In this document: positions 59,496 through 64,000 of the stretch, in pieces | Layout of the letters: every line of letters begins with the position of its first letter | How positions within the stretch are numbered: the first letter of the stretch is position 1 | DNA from: Candidatus Bathyarchaeota archaeon | Lineage (GTDB): Archaea > Thermoproteota > Bathyarchaeia > Bathyarchaeales > Bathycorpusculaceae | Direction of reading: 5' to 3' | Length of the DNA: 64,000 nucleotides | NCBI GenBank assembly: GCA_963775685.1 | Contig: CAVZJV010000014.1 | Coordinates: forward strand, 576,001-640,000 | Notes under the pieces: generated by a model | The model's input: only the letters and a program-made list of their open reading frames with translations | Database searches by the model: none | What the model was told of the DNA's origin: nothing | Program-made: the position numbers and the translations under genes

Positions 59496-61724
59496 ATGCT
59501 GTCTCGTTCGGCGGTAGTTAAACTTAAAGCAATTCTAATAATCGACTTGATGATTGTGGGTGCAGCTGCAGGGGTCTACTTTTATTTTCAATCAGAGGGT
59601 CTGATTGCGAATGGGGCTAAACCAGCCACATTTACCCTGTCCGACTTGACTGTTGATCCGCTTGAAGCTTTTGTAGGCGAATCAGTTCAAATTTCTGTTA
59701 ATTTGACAAACATTGGCGATTTAGAAGGCAACCAAACAATAAATCTTGAAATTAATAGCGCAATAAAAGACACAACCAACGTTACTCTATCAGGCAATTC
59801 TACGCAGATAATCGATTTCACCGACATAGAATTGGCCGATGGAAACTACAGCGTAAAAGTTGGCGACCTTACAGGAACATTTCTCATTAAACCCTCACCA
59901 CCAGAATCCAGTAAAATCATACTATCAAACTTTATCAGTGACCCCTATGAAATTTGGGCTAACGAAAACGTCACTTTAACTGCCAATGCAATGAACCCTT
60001 CAAGTGAAAATGACAAATTAACCGTAAAAGCAATAATTGACGACGTTATTGTGGGCACTCAGGTCATCTCATTGGAGGCTGGGGCAAGCCAAACCGTACG
60101 AATCACAATTAACGCTTCAGACATAGATGAAGGAAAACATACAGCAAAACTAAACACACTGGCGGGTTCATTTGTTGTCGTAAAAGCTGGTTACCATACG
60201 CTTACCATTAACCGTTCAGGCGGCGGCTCCAAAGCATTACCCTTTACCCTAAATGGAGAAGATCACCTGACTGCTTACCAAGCATTATTGCCTGTAGGCG
60301 AATACAGCATTGCAGTACCTAACCCCTTTAATGTTGGGACAGGTGTGCTGGAATTTTCGTATTGGAGCGACGGTAACACTAGCCCGTCGAGAACTTTCAC
60401 TTTAAGTGGCCGCATGATTCTGGTTGTAACTTACACGTTAATCAGTGGGTATGCATCTTGTCCTTCATTATATGTGTGGAATGGGACTGGATACTCTTAT
60501 GTTACTGATGTTTCAAACCCAGGTTGGCTTGGATACATCAGCCACATCAACTCTGACGGCCAAGTTGTGTTCGGAGGCGGAAACCCCTGGGACTACGTCA
60601 AGCTGGACAGCAGTTTGGTGGCGGCAAACAACGGAAACTTTGACATGACTCTTGCCCAACAATGGAACGAACTCTACTACCTCGATTCAGCCTACTTGCT
60701 GGTGGTTGACCACCCAGCTGGAACCGACGCCTACACATCCATGACTAACTACCTAAACAAAGGCTCAACAGGTCAAATCTACACAACAAGCAACGGCACA
60801 CTAGTAGCGCCTATCAGCGCCACAAACGAACAAGGACAAGATGTTCTCGCTCAAATCCTACTTAAAGACGGATTATACACACCAGGTATCAGCGGAACTG
60901 AAAGCACTTCATGGGAAAATATATCCCTTAACAAGTTAACTTTAGACTTAGGCAATTTAGCGGGTGCACCAGCAATTAAGCTTGTAATAACAGGAATGGT
61001 TGATTGGGGTCTTGCCGACACATACTATGCGTGGATAAGCCAGTTCAAAGACGCAGCTACCCAAAGTATTTTACCCGACGGCACCCAAATCATGCCTGCG
61101 CCCTATATGGAGATCAAAGATGCAAACGGCAATTGGATACGCGCTCCTCAAGACCGACAGATACCGCTACCTTCAGACTACAACTCCCGAACCTTCACCG
61201 TGGACTTAACAGGGTTATTCCCCACGGACGTTAATGATTGCCAAGTTAGATTCACCAACTTCTGGAATGTAACCTATGATTACATCGGAATAGATACAAC
61301 ACCACAACAGACAACAACCATACAAAAACTTGTCCCCACCTCGGCAGAATTCAGCCAAATGTGGGAAACACAATCCAGCGCTACCGGAGCATTCACAAGA
61401 TACGGCGATGTAACAGCGTTGCTTCAAGACGCTGACGACCTGTTCGTGATTGGGCGGCAAGGCGACCAGGTCAGCATGCTTTTCTCAACCGCCAACCTAA
61501 CCGCACCAGAGCAAGGTGTTGTTCGTGACTACTTCTTTGTGGTTGCTTGCTGGTTTAAGGACCCCATAGGCGAATGGGGATACGGCTTCAACTTCTCAGT
61601 AGATCCGATGCCTTTTATGGCTATGAGCGGATTCCCATATCCTACAACCGAGAGTTACCCCTATGATGCAGCGCATTTAGCATATATCCAACAATACAAC
61701 ACCCGGCTAATCACCTTACCATAA
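59496..61724 (+). CDS. Membrane-anchored extracellular protein with CARDB/Ig-like domains and an uncharacterised C-terminal domain
   Basis: N-terminal TM helix, VNLTNIGDLEG Ig-like repeats, SCPSLYVWNG...FTRYGDV domain. Confidence 0.75.
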   Translation: MLSRSAVVKLKAILIIDLMIVGAAAGVYFYFQSEGLIANGAKPATFTLSDLTVDPLEAFVGESVQISVNLTNIGDLEGNQTINLEINSAIKDTTNVTLSGNSTQIIDFTDIELADGNYSVKVGDLTGTFLIKPSPPESSKIILSNFISDPYEIWANENVTLTANAMNPSSENDKLTVKAIIDDVIVGTQVISLEAGASQTVRITINASDIDEGKHTAKLNTLAGSFVVVKAGYHTLTINRSGGGSKALPFTLNGEDHLTAYQALLPVGEYSIAVPNPFNVGTGVLEFSYWSDGNTSPSRTFTLSGRMILVVTYTLISGYASCPSLYVWNGTGYSYVTDVSNPGWLGYISHINSDGQVVFGGGNPWDYVKLDSSLVAANNGNFDMTLAQQWNELYYLDSAYLLVVDHPAGTDAYTSMTNYLNKGSTGQIYTTSNGTLVAPISATNEQGQDVLAQILLKDGLYTPGISGTESTSWENISLNKLTLDLGNLAGAPAIKLVITGMVDWGLADTYYAWISQFKDAATQSILPDGTQIMPAPYMEIKDANGNWIRAPQDRQIPLPSDYNSRTFTVDLTGLFPTDVNDCQVRFTNFWNVTYDYIGIDTTPQQTTTIQKLVPTSAEFSQMWETQSSATGAFTRYGDVTALLQDADDLFVIGRQGDQVSMLFSTANLTAPEQGVVRDYFFVVACWFKDPIGEWGYGFNFSVDPMPFMAMSGFPYPTTESYPYDAAHLAYIQQYNTRLITLP

Positions 61725-61847
61725 CCCTCTTCTCCTTTTTTGTGCAGCTAAAAGAAAAAAAACATACAAGACTCAAAAATTATGTAAGATTTAAATGGTT
61801 TCACCCTTATTATTTGCTCTAATAACCCATTCAGCGAGACCTCTTGC

Positions 61848-62546
61848 ATGTCGGTGATACCTGAAATATCTAATCCATACATAGGCTCATTCGCTATAGG
61901 TTTAATCTATGGATTAGGAGTCTGTACCGCCTCATGTCTTCCTGTCGTCGCAGGTTACATCGCTGGCATAGGCGCGGGTTTCCGCAAAGGTGTCAAAGTT
62001 ACATTGATTTTTAATTCTGGAAGAGTCTTGGCATACGCTTTGATTGGATTATTAATTGGGTTATTAAGTGGACTGATAACTTTGGTGGAGCCAGATGTTT
62101 TGTCACCTTTTCAAATTTACTCCTCAATAATCTTTGGCGCAATAACAATCGCGATTGGCGCATGGATGCTTCTAAAAGCAAGAAAGCCAAATAAATGCAG
62201 CATCAAAGGCGCCAACATGCCACCTTCGGGCAAAATGAAACGCTATGGGTTTGATTTTGGCGCTTTCACTCTTGGTTTAAGCAGAGGCTTAATTATTTGT
62301 CCGCCTCTGGTTTCACTATTGCTGCTTTATGCACTGCCCTTCTCTAGCCCGACCGGAACCATGACGTTAGCTATCCTGTTTGGGTTAGGAACCACAATCT
62401 CTCCACTTTTGGTATTGGGTGGTGTTACGGGTTGGCTATTCAACAAGGCACCGTTGTTTCGGAAGTGGATTTCCGTGGCAGGCGCAGCTGTGTTGATAGC
62501 GTTTGGAGCATTTACGATGGTTGGGTCATTAATTCAGATAACATAA
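61848..62546 (+). CDS. DsbD_2/TauE-like membrane protein
   Basis: CTASCLP, FNSGRVLAY, GLIICPP and FGLGT. Confidence 0.8.
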   Translation: MSVIPEISNPYIGSFAIGLIYGLGVCTASCLPVVAGYIAGIGAGFRKGVKVTLIFNSGRVLAYALIGLLIGLLSGLITLVEPDVLSPFQIYSSIIFGAITIAIGAWMLLKARKPNKCSIKGANMPPSGKMKRYGFDFGAFTLGLSRGLIICPPLVSLLLLYALPFSSPTGTMTLAILFGLGTTISPLLVLGGVTGWLFNKAPLFRKWISVAGAAVLIAFGAFTMVGSLIQIT

Positions 62547-62559
62547 TGAGGCGAAAAAC

Positions 62560-63561
62560 ATGTCGTTGCAAATAGTTGGAGACCTATTAAGGCTGACGGT
62601 GCTTGCGGGGCTTGGAGTAGCAGGGATACTGGCAGTTCTAATTTGGAAAAGAAACATGTCAATGCGGGTAACTTTTCTTAGGTTTGTTATCCAAGCGGTC
62701 TCCTTTGCAGCCATATTCTACATATTCACCTACACAATCCCATTACTTTACGTCCTGATTATTCTCCTAACAATGACCATCGTTATAGGAAAGTTTTATT
62801 GCGGTTGGCTATGCCCATTTGCCCTAATCATGGATTTAGAAAGCCTCTTACGAAAAGCCCTCAAAGTGCGCCACCGAATCATCCCTGACAAACTAAACAA
62901 AAGCCTCCACAAATTCCGATACGTTCTGCTGATGTTTTTCCTTCTCATACCCATCGCATTGTGGCTTTTGGACCCGCCGCCAGACACTAATTTCGCTGTT
63001 TTGTATGCTCAGCTTTTGGCAGGACCATTCCGCCCCTACAGCATACTGCTAGCGCCTCTCATACCAGTAGTAGTGTCCTGGACAACCGCTCCCCTTATAA
63101 TTGGCGGAATTAACTTCAGTTATCCCTACGTTCAAGACATCATAACTTGGACGGGAACAAGCCCTGGTCAAATCATAAGCGTTGTATTTGTCGGTTTAAC
63201 GCTCGTCGGTTCCTTCTTCACAAGACGACTATGGTGCCGCTTCTGCCCAACTGGCGTTTCATTGGCTGTTGTGAATAGGTTTAAGGGTTTTAAGTGGGCT
63301 CCTCTGCTACATATTGAGAAAGATGAAGAGAAGTGCACCAAATGCGGGGTTTGCAAACGAGTTTGCCCTGTGCAAGTTACTGAGGTGTACGAGCAAAAGG
63401 GCGGAAAAATAACTACCTCCCAATGCATGCTGTGCGCTCGATGCGTCGAAATGTGCCCATATGAAGGCACTTTAAAAGTAAAATTAGGCAATAAATCAAT
63501 GTTTGAGTCAAGAAACTGGTTAGAACAATCAAAAAGCCAAGAGGAAGAGAAGAAAGAATGA
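62560..63561 (+). CDS. Membrane 4Fe-4S protein (NapH/MauN-like)
   Basis: CGWLCP, WCRFCP and two CxxCxxCxxxCP motifs. Confidence 0.9.
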   Translation: MSLQIVGDLLRLTVLAGLGVAGILAVLIWKRNMSMRVTFLRFVIQAVSFAAIFYIFTYTIPLLYVLIILLTMTIVIGKFYCGWLCPFALIMDLESLLRKALKVRHRIIPDKLNKSLHKFRYVLLMFFLLIPIALWLLDPPPDTNFAVLYAQLLAGPFRPYSILLAPLIPVVVSWTTAPLIIGGINFSYPYVQDIITWTGTSPGQIISVVFVGLTLVGSFFTRRLWCRFCPTGVSLAVVNRFKGFKWAPLLHIEKDEEKCTKCGVCKRVCPVQVTEVYEQKGGKITTSQCMLCARCVEMCPYEGTLKVKLGNKSMFESRNWLEQSKSQEEEKKE

Positions 63562-64000
63562 GTGAACCCGTTGCAAAAAGATACATGCCTGAAGTTTCCA
63601 GAAAAGAAATCGAAGAACTCAAAAACACCGTGAAAACAGCCTCCCTAAAAATAATGGCTGACAACATTGAACGCATGAAAAAAGCCGATCCCCACAGACC
63701 TCAAGCAATGAAATACTTTGACGATATCTCAAATCTGTTTGGGCAACGTCAACAGGAGATTGCGGCAGAGAAAGAGAAAGGAAAAAAAGTCATCGGTTAC
63801 CTGTGCCTTTTTGCGCCAACTGAGCTTATTTTAGCTGCAGGCGCCATACCAGTACGAGTGAACTCGGGTTGGTATGACACCTCCAAGTTAGGCGACAGGG
63901 TTGTGCCCGTGGAGGTTTGCCCAGTTATCCGTTCAACCATAGGCGCCAAAATGATCGAACTCTCGCCTTTCCTTGAACAGAGCGATGCATTAATCAGCGT
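63558..64000 (+). CDS. 2-hydroxyacyl-CoA dehydratase/double-cubane family protein (3' truncated)
   Basis: ATG at 63558 overlaps the previous stop; KKVIGYLCLFAPTELILAAGAIPVR...EVCPVIRST. Confidence 0.85.
   Translation, partial: MSEPVAKRYMPEVSRKEIEELKNTVKTASLKIMADNIERMKKADPHRPQAMKYFDDISNLFGQRQQEIAAEKEKGKKVIGYLCLFAPTELILAAGAIPVRVNSGWYDTSKLGDRVVPVEVCPVIRSTIGAKMIELSPFLEQSDALIS

Noticed and set aside
1-64000. CRISPR or other regularly spaced arrays, and DGR template/variable repeats
   Set aside because: No periodic repeat-spacer array, cas gene or reverse transcriptase was seen by eye.

Overview
The window is archaeal DNA. The gene repertoire (PQQ-like propeller surface protein, PEF-CTERM proteins, membrane-tethered ArsR/wHTH regulators, TrmB) suggests Bathyarchaeia, which is an inference. 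About 3.5-28.8 kb is a head-tail (HK97-type, siphovirus-like) provirus transcribed leftwards from next to tRNA-Asn(GTT) at 28840-28916. It encodes an adenine MTase, a ParB-like protein, an ABC-ATPase/GNAT pair joined by an apparent -1 frameshift, TerS/TerL, portal, protease/scaffold, capsid, neck, tail tube, a tail chaperone with a canonical slippery site, a very short tape-measure-like gene and a hub/fibre protein. No integrase, recognisable replicase or second att site is visible. Several virion genes are broken by 1-2 nt indels. AT-rich cargo interrupts the virus, and one cargo gene is flanked by a 23-bp duplication of the capsid gene 3' end. Positions 1-3.2 kb hold a membrane-tethered regulator and two modules of a secreted protein plus a paralogous 2-TM protein, with a shared phased upstream motif (candidate archaeocin/immunity regulon). 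Positions 29-64 kb are host genes: radical SAM, MshEN-GT2, porCDAB, grpE-dnaK-dnaJ, acs-satP, P-type ATPase, asnS, transporters, surface proteins and the start of a 2-hydroxyacyl-CoA dehydratase-family locus. All family assignments come from motif recognition by eye, not database searches.
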